From contig CAVWFS010000007.1 in the NCBI GenBank assembly GCA_963754315.1, forward strand, positions 416,001 through 480,000: a stretch of DNA of 64,000 bases, written 5' to 3'. Below the pieces are notes generated by a model. It saw nothing but the letters and a program-made list of their open reading frames with translations, ran no database searches and was not told the origin of the DNA. This DNA comes from an uncultured Candidatus Rokubacteria bacterium (GTDB lineage Bacteria; Methylomirabilota; Methylomirabilia; Rokubacteriales; CSP1-6). Positions 1 through 10,295 of the stretch are shown piece after piece (position 1 is the stretch's first letter; each line of letters begins with the position of its first letter). A program made the translations under genes and the position numbers.

Positions 1-117
1 GACCACGCCCGCGCGACCGCTTGGAGGCGTCAGGGGGAGGCCGGCCCCCTGGCCGGCCGGTCCGACAGAGGTGGCGTCCGTTGACTCTCCCAGCAACCTC
101 AATCAAGGAGATGCGAC

Positions 118-522
118 ATGCGATTGAGTGATCGGTCCGCCGCCCGTATCGGGTACGGCCTGAGCGGCGTGGTCATTCTCTTCATGCTATTCGACGGTGG
201 CGTCAAGTTGGTGCCGCCCGCAATGGTGATTGAGACGACGGCCCAGCTCGGCTATCCCGCCACCGTGAGCTTCGCGCGCGGCCTCGGCGTCCTGGGGCTT
301 TCCTGCACAGCGCTCTATGCCATTCCGCCGACCTCCGTGCTCGGCGCGATCCTGCTGACCGGATATCTCGGCGGGACGGTCGCCACGCACTTGCGCGTCG
401 GCAGTCCAATCTTCACCCACATGCTCTTCGGCGTGTATCTCGGAGTCATGCTGTGGGGCGGATTGTATCTGCGCGACGAGAGACTGCGGTTCCTGATTCC
501 CTACCGTCGCCAAACAGCATGA
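118..522 (+). CDS. DoxX-family membrane protein
   Basis: AAGGAG RBS; LFMLFDGGVKL...GAILLTGYLGGTVATHLRVG motif typical of DoxX_2. Confidence 0.85.
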   Translation: MRLSDRSAARIGYGLSGVVILFMLFDGGVKLVPPAMVIETTAQLGYPATVSFARGLGVLGLSCTALYAIPPTSVLGAILLTGYLGGTVATHLRVGSPIFTHMLFGVYLGVMLWGGLYLRDERLRFLIPYRRQTA

Positions 523-590
523 AGGCCGATACGACAGGCTCGTACCGAGGCGGATGCCGAAGAGGCCGCCCGTCGAGCCGCGATCGGCGC

Positions 591-1103
591 TCACGAAATC
601 GGACGACGGTATTCGACTAGCTTGAGCGAGTATCCCTGTACCTCCTGGGTTAGCTCTCTGGGCTCAGCGAAGCCCATCTTCTCGTAGAAGCGTCGGCCAA
701 CGATATTGTCTTCCTCGACCGACACCGTCAAGCGCTTGAGGCCCTCTTCTGCGAATGTCGCCAATCCGGCGTTTACCAAGTCGGTCCCGATGGCGCTTCG
801 CTGCACGTGGGGCAGAACGTAGATTCGCGTCAGCTCTACCGACTCCACCGATCGTCGCATGTACTGCGCGAACCCGATGACGCTTCCGTTCCACTCCGCC
901 ACCAAGAACGTCGATCCCTGCGCGGCGAGCGCCCGGCTCAAGCTCTCTGGTGAATACCACGTGTTGAGCAACCGGTGCTGGACCTCAACGGGAATGATGC
1001 CAGCGTAGGCGACGGGCCACGTCGTCCGGGCGACCGCCTCGACGCTCGAGAGGTCGATTACCTCGGCTCGCCTGATTACTGCGCGATTCTGACTCAGGTG
1101 CAT
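591..1103 (-). CDS. GNAT N-acetyltransferase
   Basis: ELTRIYVLPHVQRSAIGTDL and N...RRFYEKMGF acetyl-CoA-binding motifs. Confidence 0.85.
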   Translation of the reverse strand: MHLSQNRAVIRRAEVIDLSSVEAVARTTWPVAYAGIIPVEVQHRLLNTWYSPESLSRALAAQGSTFLVAEWNGSVIGFAQYMRRSVESVELTRIYVLPHVQRSAIGTDLVNAGLATFAEEGLKRLTVSVEEDNIVGRRFYEKMGFAEPRELTQEVQGYSLKLVEYRRPIS

Positions 1104-1116
1104 CGCTTCATCCGGC

Positions 1117-2118
1117 CTATCGGTCCGGTTCTGCGGCGGCGGCGCGGCCCGGCCTCACGTGGCGGGCGGCCAGGTACCACTGGTTGTCGGAGGCGTCCCG
1201 CACCGCGGCGCGGCGTTCGCCGTAGGGTTGAAGCGCGGGCAGTTCCAGCGACGTCGCCCCCGCCGCGATTGCCCGCCGGTACGTGGCGTCCACGTCGTCC
1301 ACGTACAGGTAGAACATCGTCGGCATCGGGCCCCACTCGCCATGGGCCTCGCCCATCTCGATGACCGAGGCGCCCACGCGGATCTTAGCGTGGAGGATGT
1401 CGCCCTCGGGTCCGCGATGGATCGCCATCTCCTCGGCGGCGAAGGCATCCTTCATGAACTCGATCAGCGCGGGGGCGCCGCGGGGATGGAGATACGGCGT
1501 CACGGTGCCGAGACCCGCCGGGATGTGGCCGCCCGTCTGATGGGTCGCGATATACCAGTGGTTGCCGGCGATGTCCCTCACGCTGGCCTCACGGTCGCCG
1601 TACGGCTGGTCCACCGGCGCCTGGAGCGATTCGGCCCCAGCCTCCAGCGCGGTCCGGTAGACCCGGTCGGCGTCAGGGACGTAGAGATGCAGGCCGGTGG
1701 GCGTCGCCGCTCCGCTCCACGCGCCGCCGCCTCCGATCATCAGCGTCGAGTCGCCGATCCGGAGCTCGGCGTGAACGCCGCCTGCCGAGCCGGTGGTCCG
1801 CAGCACCTCCTGGGCGCCGAAGGCCCGCCTCACGAAGTCGATCAACTCCACGGCAGGCTGGACGGCGAGATACGGGATGACGGCCTGGATGCCGGCCCGC
1901 GAGGTCTCACTGACGGTGGTCATGGTCATGGTGGCCCTCCTCGAAAGATCAGCCCCAAGCCGGGCTCTGAACGCTGGGCGGGGCAGATCGCGCAGGTCGT
2001 GAGCGATGCTGAGCAGCTCGGTCAGCGCCGGGTCGGCGGGTGCCCGGGGGGCCTGCGGATCGGCGAGCAACGCCTCCACCGCCTCCGCCAGCCGATCGAT
2101 CCGAGCGTGCTCACTCAT
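1117..2118 (-). CDS. Tandem VOC/PhnB-like protein with N-terminal helical (putative anti-sigma) extension
   Basis: Two PhnB-like repeats (PYL...F...AFGA...HAE.RIGDS...LYV.D.D...QPYG.R.A.VRD..N.WY.A) after a ~65-aa N-terminal helix; overlaps the sigma stop codon. Confidence 0.85.
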   Translation of the reverse strand: MSEHARIDRLAEAVEALLADPQAPRAPADPALTELLSIAHDLRDLPRPAFRARLGADLSRRATMTMTTVSETSRAGIQAVIPYLAVQPAVELIDFVRRAFGAQEVLRTTGSAGGVHAELRIGDSTLMIGGGGAWSGAATPTGLHLYVPDADRVYRTALEAGAESLQAPVDQPYGDREASVRDIAGNHWYIATHQTGGHIPAGLGTVTPYLHPRGAPALIEFMKDAFAAEEMAIHRGPEGDILHAKIRVGASVIEMGEAHGEWGPMPTMFYLYVDDVDATYRRAIAAGATSLELPALQPYGERRAAVRDASDNQWYLAARHVRPGRAAAAEPDR

Positions 2119-2666
2119 GGACGTCCCTCATGCGTGCCCGCAAGCTCTCCAGCGCGCGGAACTGAAGCTGCTTGACCGCACCTTCGGTGCGCCCCAGCGC
2201 GCAGGCGATCTCGCGAATGCTCCTCTGCTCGACAAAGCGTTCCAGGATGATGCGCTGCTGATCGCCGGGCAGCCGCCCGACCAGCTCGGCGAGCATCACC
2301 CGCCGGTCCACGTCGGCTTGCTCCGCTTCATCTCCGCGTTCCGGCGCCGGCGTCCCGTGCTCGCGCGACACGTTGCCAGCGGTCGGCGACGGCATTCCTG
2401 GCGATCCGCAGCAGCCAGGCCACGAAGGGGACACCCCGCCACTCGAAGCGGCCGAGATGGGCCAGCGCGTGGTGAAAGACTTCCGCGGTGAGATCCTCGG
2501 CCTCGGCGCGGCCCCGAGCGCGACGGGCGACGAACGCGTAGACCCGCTCGAAGTGGCGCTCGTACAGCTCGGCAAAGCGGCGCGGATCGGACTGGGCGGC
2601 CTCGATCAGAAGCCGCTCGTCTTCACCGCCCACCGCACTCTCCACCGCCGGCGCCCGTGGCTCCAT
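2111..2666 (-). CDS. ECF sigma-70 factor (1-nt frameshift near 2362, possibly a sequencing error)
   Basis: Region 2 (FAELYERHF...AEDLTAEVF...WLLRIARN) and region 4 (LPGDQQRII...SIREIA..LGRTEGAVKQLQFRAL) lie in adjacent frames. Confidence 0.85.
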
Positions 2667-2748
2667 GGCCTCCACCCCCTACAACGGCCGGTGCCCTGCA
2701 AACGTCACGGTGGGCGGCCAGCCAGTCATTCGGTTCGGGCCGCCGTTC

Positions 2749-2940
2749 CTACTCGCCGGGGCCGAGGCGCCGCGTGTCCCAGCCGTTCACCCAGCGCCCA
2801 GGGCCCAAGGCCCTGACCGTGCGGCCCCACGGATTCCCGTCACCGATCGGAACGCGGCGCGAAGTGCCCACCGCCAGCCGCTCCAACTCGGCCTGCCGCG
2901 CCCGGACCAGATGTGTCATGACGTACTCGTTCAGATCCAA
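2749..2940 (-). CDS. Small hypothetical protein, MDMNEY-like family copy 1
   Basis: TTG start after GAGGGG; (M)DLNEYVMTHLVRARQAEL resembles the ORFs starting at 4928 and 28878. Confidence 0.5.
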   Translation of the reverse strand: MDLNEYVMTHLVRARQAELERLAVGTSRRVPIGDGNPWGRTVRALGPGRWVNGWDTRRLGPGE

Positions 2941-2944
2941 CCCC

Positions 2945-3560
2945 TCAGGATACGCGCCGCGCTGGGCCCCATGCGGCGACCGCAAACCACAGAGAATAGG
3001 TCGTGATCATCAACCGGTTGGCGATGCTGATGGCCGGGTCGAGGCCCATAGCGGGGTTTCCCGCGGCCCGGCCGGCGAAGACAATCGTGGAGCCCAAGAA
3101 CAAGAGCATGCCGACCCACGCTAGAGCGGTCGCCCATCGCAGGTGGCAAGCAGCCCCCGACCATGCCGGTTCATGCACCAGGTTCCTGCTCGCCAGCAAG
3201 AACACGACGGGTGAAGCAAGGATGACCACCAGCCCGGACACGCCGTGCACGTAGGCGACGAGCGGCTTAGACGGTAGTGGCGGACACAGTCCCGCAGCGA
3301 AGAGGGCGGCCCCGATCAGCCACAGGCCTCGCAGCCAGCCGCCCGCTTCGGGTCGAGAGTTGCGGCGGGATGACCTGCGCGAGGAGCATTGCGCCAATGC
3401 CGAAGGTGCAAAACGCCAGCGACATGATCCATCCGTGGCTGCCCAGCTGGTATTCGCTGATGAGGTGTCCCGAGTTGAACTCCGGCTCGAGGAAATGCAG
3501 GCTCGCAAGCAGGCCCAGGAACGTGGCCACCAGCCCGAGGGACAGGCGGGCCCGAATCAT
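2945..3560 (-). CDS. DUF998-family membrane protein (frameshift near 3330)
   Basis: LHFLEPEF...ISEYQLGSHGWIMSLAF...HGVSG...NRLMI split over two frames. Confidence 0.7.
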
Positions 3561-3609
3561 CGGCGAACGGCACCGTGCCTCTACTTGCGCTCGCCTCGAC
3601 CGCGGTCTT

Positions 3610-3711
3610 GGACGCGAGAATCTTCTGGCGCACGCCCAGACCAGTGGCGCGGCACACTCTTCGCAGAACTTCGCGTCCGACTCTCTCGCGCTGACACCGA
3701 GGACAGTTCAT
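3610..3711 (-). pseudogene. Double zinc-ribbon N-terminal remnant of an adenylate cyclase/AAA gene
   Basis: MNCPRCQRE followed, out of frame, by DAKFCEECAAPL; nearly identical to the start of the gene at 10255. Confidence 0.65.
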
Positions 3712-3726
3712 CTGCCCGCACCAGCG

Positions 3727-4458
3727 TCAGGCGGCGGTCAGCCCGCGGGCTGCGAAGCGCGGTCTCTTGAGGCGAAGCAAGTACGGCAGACTCCGGAGCA
3801 CGACACCGAGGTTCTCGCTGAACCGTCTGCGCGCCGTCGCCACCGGCACCGGCGGTGACGCTCCGCCCGCGATGTCCCCGAGGTCTATGAAGTAGGTCGG
3901 CACCACGCCCACGCCGTCGAGTTCCTGCTCGAGTGCGTGCCCTCGACTCCGGGCGTGGTCATCGACACGCTGGAACACAGCCTCCGACAGGAGGAGATAC
4001 TCCGGAATGGGTACAGCGTTCTTGAGCATTCGGTGCACGATGATCACGTCCAAACCCGCCAGCTTCGAGGAGTGTTTCACGCGCTGGACCGCGACATCGC
4101 CGAGGTGGGCGACGAACTTGACCCGTAGGCGACCAGCCTGGCGGCAGCCCTCACAGCGGCAGGTGTTCAGCACGTCGATATGCTGCTGGCAGGCGTGAAA
4201 GGCGCGGTGCATCGCCACGACCTGATCGACGGCTATCCGAACCGTCGAGGCTTCCTGGCCCTCGGCGATCCACGCGTAGAGGAACGCGGCATCCCCCTCG
4301 ATTTCGAGCAGCCGCAGGTGGAGCGCCGCGTCGATCATCGCCTCGAGCAGCCTCGCCACCACATCTTGCGCGTGGGCCAGGCTCGTCCGGTGCAGGCGCA
4401 TGAACGGTGTGTACCCCCCGATATCAGCGATGATCAGGAGGGCTCGACCTACTGACAT
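3727..4458 (-). CDS. DUF2652-family protein (class III cyclase-like)
   Basis: LLIIADIGGYT.F, LLE, EIEGDAAF, C.C.GC, L.VKFVAHLG, G.DVIIVHRMLKN motifs. Confidence 0.85.
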   Translation of the reverse strand: MSVGRALLIIADIGGYTPFMRLHRTSLAHAQDVVARLLEAMIDAALHLRLLEIEGDAAFLYAWIAEGQEASTVRIAVDQVVAMHRAFHACQQHIDVLNTCRCEGCRQAGRLRVKFVAHLGDVAVQRVKHSSKLAGLDVIIVHRMLKNAVPIPEYLLLSEAVFQRVDDHARSRGHALEQELDGVGVVPTYFIDLGDIAGGASPPVPVATARRRFSENLGVVLRSLPYLLRLKRPRFAARGLTAA

Positions 4459-4643
4459 ATCGCCATGATCCCATCGGCGATCAGGCGAAGGCAACGCCTG
4501 CGGTCCTGACGCCAGCCTGACGTGGCCGGTGGCATCAATCATAGGGCCCTCTCCTCCGGAGGCATCAGTCTTCCTCTCCCAGAGTCGCAGAGTCACCGGC
4601 GATGACAACTAAGCGGGAGGTAAGGGAACCTGAGGGGAACGCG

Positions 4644-4928
4644 TCAGAGCACGTTCACGGGAACTTCGTGGACGGGGCTCGCGCGTAATGTCCCGCGGTC
4701 AAGTCGGAATGCAGATCGCGAAAGGTAAAGGTGCATCGAGTCGCCGTTCCCGAGTAGCGCCGCCCCGCACCCACCTGCTAGGCGCATCAGGCCGACGCCG
4801 AGCGTAACGCGCAGGGGTTGACGCGGCGGCCCCAGCGTGGCCGCGAGCACCGCGCGGCGGGCGTCGGCCCGTATGTCGTCTAGCCGCTGGCGCACGAGCG
4901 TGTCGATCACGTAGTCGTTCATGTCCAT
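4644..4928 (-). CDS. Small hypothetical protein, MDMNEY-like family copy 2 (3' end uncertain)
   Basis: GGAG RBS; MDMNDYVIDTLVRQRLDDIRADARR...RQPLRVTLGVGLMRL. Confidence 0.6.
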   Translation of the reverse strand: MDMNDYVIDTLVRQRLDDIRADARRAVLAATLGPPRQPLRVTLGVGLMRLAGGCGAALLGNGDSMHLYLSRSAFRLDRGTLRASPVHEVPVNVL

Positions 4929-5029
4929 AACATCAACTCCGCGTTGCGACGGCGGTGGTCGCCGTCAGCCTCGTGATGCATGAGAGAGAAGTCCTCATGA
5001 TCTCAGGCCGCTTCGCGGTCGCGCAGCCG

Positions 5030-5394
5030 CCGAGGCACATCCCCGGCGCTCGTGCCGCCGATCCAGCGGGCGATGGCAATCAGTGCGGCGTGGCCTTCGA
5101 CCACAAGATCAACGCCCTCGTCAAGAGAGTTGCACCCGGTCGTGAGGACGCAGTGCGGATTGAGGGCGAGGTTCTCCGCTTTGCGTTCCCTCGGGCCAGT
5201 GCAGAAATACAGGGCGCCATCTGACAATACGGCGATAAGAGGCGTGACGTGTGGGCGCCCGTCGGGATGCACAGTCGATATCCAGAAGACCTTTGCGTCT
5301 TCCAAGCGCCCGCGCGCCTCTCCCCACCCAGTTGGGTCGCGCCCTCGCTGCTGAACCGCGCATCCAGCTCGGCCACCGGTGCCTTGCTTTCCAC
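5030..5394 (-). pseudogene. Pyridoxamine 5'-phosphate oxidase-family protein, frameshifted and 3'-truncated
   Basis: ELDARFSSEGA / FWISTVHPDGRPHVTPLIAV...FCTGPRERKAENL...DLVVEG split over two frames. Confidence 0.75.
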
Positions 5395-5397
5395 TCT

Positions 5398-6183
5398 TCA
5401 CACCACCCGAGACTGATGAGCGGAGCACCCACAGGTCGCCTGGTGGTAGCGCCCGCTCCCTTCCACCATGCCACCTTTGCCGTACCTGTTCTTCGGCCGG
5501 ACCCAGTCAGCCAGCGTGTTGTAGGGTCCGTCCTCGCCCCGCCCCTTCGGCATCACGTCGAGATACCGGTAGACGCCGAGGAATTCCTCGCCGCCGCGCC
5601 CATAGGTCGAATAGGTGTGGAAGATCTTGCCGGCGTCGTTCTTGAAGAAGACGCTGTCGCCGGAGAGGTCCTCCAACCCGGGATTGACGTATTCATAGTT
5701 GTAGAAGGCGCGGCCCGCCGCGATCTCTGCAGGCGTGAAGGAGACGTGGAAGTCATAGTTGAAGTCGGAGTGGTACGACGAGACCCATGTGAAGCCCCAC
5801 TCCATCCGCTTGCGGACCGCCTCGATCTCCTCGATCGGTGCCCGCGCCACGACGGCATACGACACGTCATGGTTCTGCAGATGCACGAGCGCGCCCTCGA
5901 TATGGTCCACCTCGAGTGAGCAACCGACGCACTGACCAACCTGGCCGGGTCCCATCATGAAGTGCTTGACGAAAAGCTGACTGCGTCCGTCAAACAGCTC
6001 GGCCAGGGTCACCTTGCCATGCCGCGCGTCGAAGACATACTGCTTCTCGACTTGCACCCAGGGCAGCGCACGGCGCTCGGCGGCCAATCCGTCGCGAAAC
6101 CGCGTGAGCTCCTTCTCCTTCGCCATGAGCGCTTTCCGGGCTTCGAGCCATTCCTCACGCGAGACGATTCTGGGGTTGTTCAT
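5398..6183 (-). CDS. DUF899 thioredoxin-like protein
   Basis: VSREEWLEARKALMAKEKELTR, CVGC, FHTYSTYGRG, YLDVMPKGRGE; GGAG RBS. Confidence 0.9.
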   Translation of the reverse strand: MNNPRIVSREEWLEARKALMAKEKELTRFRDGLAAERRALPWVQVEKQYVFDARHGKVTLAELFDGRSQLFVKHFMMGPGQVGQCVGCSLEVDHIEGALVHLQNHDVSYAVVARAPIEEIEAVRKRMEWGFTWVSSYHSDFNYDFHVSFTPAEIAAGRAFYNYEYVNPGLEDLSGDSVFFKNDAGKIFHTYSTYGRGGEEFLGVYRYLDVMPKGRGEDGPYNTLADWVRPKNRYGKGGMVEGSGRYHQATCGCSAHQSRVV

Positions 6184-6262
6184 CGTGGTCTCCTCCCGTG
6201 CAGGTCGGTTCCTCGCGCCCCGTTTCCCCACGGTTCGCGCGACCTTCTCCTCTCGCTCTATA

Positions 6263-6289
6263 GTCGAACCGGCGGACACGCGATCGACA
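6263..6289 (-). promoter_or_regulatory. ECF42-type promoter TGTCGA-N17-CGAC(TAT)
   Basis: Minus strand TGTCGA tcgcgtgtccgccggtt CGACTAT, about 80 nt upstream of the DUF899 start. Confidence 0.7.
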
Positions 6290-6519
6290 TCCAGGCTCCC
6301 AGGGCCTGGAGGCTCCGGGAGCGCGCGCTTTGGCCACGAAATCCCCGACTTGCGGCGTGAGGATGGATCTTCCACAAACCGGCACTGGACGGATAGACGC
6401 GTGGGCTCTGACGCGGATCCAGTAGGCGGATGGCGATTTGAAGCGTGAAGGCGAAAGGGAATGCCTCCACCAGATCGCTATGAATCCTCGCGCCTACGGA
6501 GAGATGGCGGCCATCATCC

Positions 6520-6623
6520 TATATGGTTGCTCGACTCAAACGCGGGGCCGGGAGGGGTCACAGATCCTGCTGGACGACCCCTCTGGCAATCCGATCAAGC
6601 TCTTCGTGCCTCGGCGTCGGTAG
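6520..6623 (+). pseudogene. C-terminal fragment of a VOC/glyoxalase gene
   Basis: G.GGSQILLDDPSGNPIKLF motif with no intact N-terminus. Confidence 0.55.
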
Positions 6624-6775
6624 CAGAGCCTAGCGCGCGGTCGAGTCCCGGACCGGGAGAGCCCCGTCGTCGAGGTCTTGAAGCGGCCTTGTCAGAACTT
6701 GACGGCAGGATGCAGGTCCTCCCTGTGGATCATACGCGCGCTGGACGTCGGCCAGCGGCTGCGCGGACAATAGGC

Positions 6776-7219
6776 ATGCGACGAATCGAGACCGAGATCA
6801 CGATACAGGGCACGCCCGAGCAGGTGTGGTCCGTCTTGACGGACTTCCCCAGATATCCGGATTGGAACCCGTTCATTCGCGAGGCCTCCGGAGAGGTCAC
6901 ACCAGGCGCCCGGCTCACGGTGCGCCTGCATCTGCCCGAGGGGCGCCCGATGACGTTCCGTCCCACAGTACGGAAGGCGTCCCCCGGTCACGAGCTACGG
7001 TGGCGCGGACACTTCGGGCTCCCCGGGCTGTTCGACGGAGAGCACGCGTTTCGTCTCGAGCCCGCCGGCGCGGGCCAGACACGTTTCCGCCAGACCGAGG
7101 AATTCCGCGGCATCCTCGTCCACCTCGCGCCGAACTCGATGTACGAGCGGCTCCGACGTGGCTTCGAGGAGATGAATCGAGCGCTTCGAGCTACCGTCGA
7201 GCAGCACGCCCGTGCCTGA
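6776..7219 (+). CDS. SRPBCC-family protein
   Basis: IETEITIQGTPEQVWSVLTDFPRYPDWNPFI...LPGLFDGEH.F...GFEEMNRAL. Confidence 0.9.
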   Translation: MRRIETEITIQGTPEQVWSVLTDFPRYPDWNPFIREASGEVTPGARLTVRLHLPEGRPMTFRPTVRKASPGHELRWRGHFGLPGLFDGEHAFRLEPAGAGQTRFRQTEEFRGILVHLAPNSMYERLRRGFEEMNRALRATVEQHARA

Positions 7220-7264
7220 CGCGTCGAGCCAGCGCCCCAGTCGCATGAAGCACAGCTGAAGGGC

Positions 7265-7650
7265 GATCGCGAGCGTATCACATCCTTCGCTGCCGAAATC
7301 GATCCCCAGCCGTTTTGCCTCGACGAAGAGGCCGCTCGAGGGTCTGTGTTCAAGGGCTTGGCGGCGAGCGGAAGTATACCGCGGCGATGACCATGCGCCC
7401 GCTCGTAGAGAGCGAGCTGAAGCCCGTGGGTGGCATCGTCGACTTCGGATTCGCCGAATTTCGCTGGACGAGGCCGTACGACCGGACGATACTTTGCATC
7501 TCGAGATCGAGATGCTCGAGGTACGACCCTCCAGGTCTCGCTCCGATCAAGGCGTGATCAAGGTGAAGACCACGACGCTAATTCAGCGCGTCGAGCCGGT
7601 GCAGGTCTCCGTCGGAAACCTCACCGTTCGACGTCGACCCGCTTCGACGG
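7265..7650 (+). pseudogene. MaoC-family dehydratase, 5'-truncated and frameshifted
   Basis: FAAEIDPQPF.LDEEAA..SVFKGLAASG...PVRPDDTLHLEIE.LEVRPSRS across frames. Confidence 0.7.
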
Positions 7651-7687
7651 CTTGAGAAGCATCCGCGGTTGGCACCGGGGGACACGG

Positions 7688-8407
7688 ATGAACGAGTTAC
7701 TCGCCAGAGTCCTTGACGCCCACGGCGGCGTCCACAGATGGAATGGATACGAAAGGGTCGAGGCCACGCTGGTGAGCGGCGGCGGGCTCTTTGCGCTGAA
7801 GGGGGTGCCACAGGATCCAAACCCCCGCCGCATGACCGTGTGGCTGCGCGAGGAGCGCTCATCGGTCATGCCCTATGGCGCGCCGGATCAGCGTACGATG
7901 TTCACACCGGACAGGATCGCCATCGAAAAGCTCGACGGCACGCTGGTCGCCGAGCGCCGCGCGCCGAGAGATTCGTTTGCCGGCCACCAGATGACCACGG
8001 TGTGGGACCCGCTGCATCGTGCTTACTTCAACGGCGAGGCCCTCTGGACCTATCTCACGACGCCGTTTCTTCTTGCGATGAGTGGCGTGCGGGTCGAAGA
8101 GACGGAGACCTGGCGTGAGGGCGCGGAAACGTGGCGCGTACTGCGCACCTACTTTCCCGGCTCGATCGAGACGCACTGCCTCGTCCAGGATTTCTTCTTC
8201 GGCGACGACCTGATGCTCCGCCGCCACGACTACAGCGTAAATGTCGCCGGAGGCTTTCCCGCGGCCCAGCTGACGTCGGACTACATCGAGGCCAACGGCA
8301 TTCGTCTGCCGAGCAAGCGTCGCGCCTATACGCGCGGATCGGATCGGCGCCCGATCCAGGAGATGCTGATGGTATCGCTCGATCTCAGCGACGTCAGGTT
8401 CGAGTAG
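7688..8407 (+). CDS. Conserved hypothetical protein
   Basis: 239-aa ORF with host-like codon use; DAHGG..RW and WD.LHRAYFNGEALWTYLTTPF motifs of a recurrent uncharacterised family. Confidence 0.75.
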   Translation: MNELLARVLDAHGGVHRWNGYERVEATLVSGGGLFALKGVPQDPNPRRMTVWLREERSSVMPYGAPDQRTMFTPDRIAIEKLDGTLVAERRAPRDSFAGHQMTTVWDPLHRAYFNGEALWTYLTTPFLLAMSGVRVEETETWREGAETWRVLRTYFPGSIETHCLVQDFFFGDDLMLRRHDYSVNVAGGFPAAQLTSDYIEANGIRLPSKRRAYTRGSDRRPIQEMLMVSLDLSDVRFE

Positions 8408-8519
8408 CCGTTCGCCGGTCACGACGACGTGTCAGGCGTTCCCGGCGTTGGCTCTTCCACGCCCAGAACGATCAGGATTCGGGGGGTGTATCCCGACTCG
8501 GCGGAGCGCCTATGGAAGC

Positions 8520-10255
8520 TCAGCGAGGATATGACAGCCTGCAGCGTCGCTGGCACCTGAACCGTCGGTAAGGGTCGCGCCAGGCGGTAGGCGCCGCGCT
8601 CACCGTCCAGAGCTCCGGTCTCCACCAACGCACGGACGCTCTCCTCCAGGAAAAATGGATTGCTCTCGGTCCGTTCGATCAAGGCGTCCTTGAGCGCATC
8701 CAGCGCGGCCTCGGGCCAGAGCAGCGCACCGAGCAGTTGCTCGGCCGTCTTCCGCGGCAACGGCTCGAGCCGGATCTGCGTGTAGGAAGTGCGGCTGCCC
8801 CACGAGTGACGATACTCAGGCCGGTAATTTAGGAGAAGCAGGAGCCGGGCGGCCGGCAGGCTCTCGATGAGACCATCGAGCACCTCTTGCGTCTCGGCGT
8901 CGATCCAGTGGAGGTCCTCGACAACGACCAGCAGCGGCTGGACCTGGCTCTCTCGCAGCAAGAGCCGCTTCACGGCGTCCAGCGTATGCCGGCGACGCTG
9001 AGACGGATCGAGCGTCGGCCACAGCGGATCATCGGTCGGCACGTCGAGCAGTGACAGAAGCGCCGGCAGGGTGCCTTCCAGCGCACGGTCGAGTGTCAAG
9101 AGCTTGCCGGTCAGCTTCTCCCGTACGGTGCGGGGACCATCACGGTCCTCGATGGCGCAATAGCTCTTGAGGAGGTCGATCACCGGCAAATAGCTCGTCG
9201 CCCTGCCGTAGGAGACCGAGCCGGCCTGGAGGACGAGCCAGCCATGAACCCGGTGTGAGTGGGTAATCTCCCAGATCAGGCGCGACTTGCCCACACCGGG
9301 TTCGCCCGCGATCGCCACCACCTGCCCTTGGCCACGGGCGGCGCGGTTCAGCGCTTGTCGGAGCTGGTCCAGCTCGCCCTCGCGCCCTACGAAGCGAGTC
9401 AACCCGCGCGCCGCCGCCGCGTGGAGTCGGGAGCGTCGGGGGCCGGCCCCTGTCAACTCGTAGACCTCGATCGCCGCCTCGACGCCTCTCACCGGCACCG
9501 GCCCCAGCCGGGTCACCGTCACGTAACCTTCCGCCAATCGCAGAGTCTCGGCGGTCACCAGCGTGGTACCCGGGGTCGCGAGTTGTTCCATCCGTGCCGC
9601 CAGGTGGGTCGTCTGGCCAACGGCACTGTAGTCGACTTTGAGGTCGCTACCGATCGCCCGCACAACCACCTCACCCGAGTTGAGGCCGGCCCGGATCTGG
9701 GCCCTGAGCCCGTGGCTGCGCCACAGCTCGTCGTCGTAACGGCGGATCGCGGCCTGCATGTCGAATGGCCGCGTAGCACGCACGAACCGCGTGATCCTCG
9801 TGGGCGAGCGGCGCCCCGAACAGCGCCATGATCCCGTCCCCGATCACCAGGTTCACCGTCCCCTCGTAGCGATGCACCGCCTCCATCATGTGCTCGAGCG
9901 CAGGATCCAGGATCTGGCGCGCCTCTTCAGGGTCGCGGTCGGCAATCAGCTCCATCGAGCCCTTCATATCCGCGAAGAGGACCGTGACTTGCTTTCGTTC
10001 CCCGTCCAGCGCGCTCTTGGACGTCAGGATCCTCTCGGCCAGGTGCCTGGGAGTGTAGGACTCAGGCGAGTCGAATCGCTGAACCACAGACGGCGCGGCC
10101 ACCAGCCCGGTCGGGTGGGCACACTCGGGGCAGAACTTCGCGGTCGCCGACAGGAGGCGACCGCAGCTGGCGCACCCTCGCGGCAGGGGCGCGGCACACT
10201 CCTCGCAGAACTTCGCGTCCGCCTCGTTCTGGTGCTGGCACCGAGGACATCTCAT
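8520..10255 (-). pseudogene. Zinc ribbon-adenylate/guanylate cyclase-AAA ATPase (STAND), frameshift near 9760, lacking TPR C-terminus
   Basis: CPRC/CEEC/CASC/CPEC, ERKQVTVLFADMKGS, GDGIMALFGAP, GEPGVGKS, EDLHWID; homology ends after VPATLQAVI. Confidence 0.85.
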
Positions 10256-10295
10256 CGGCCGGACCTCCTTGCGCTCCCGCCGGGCCCTACACGCG

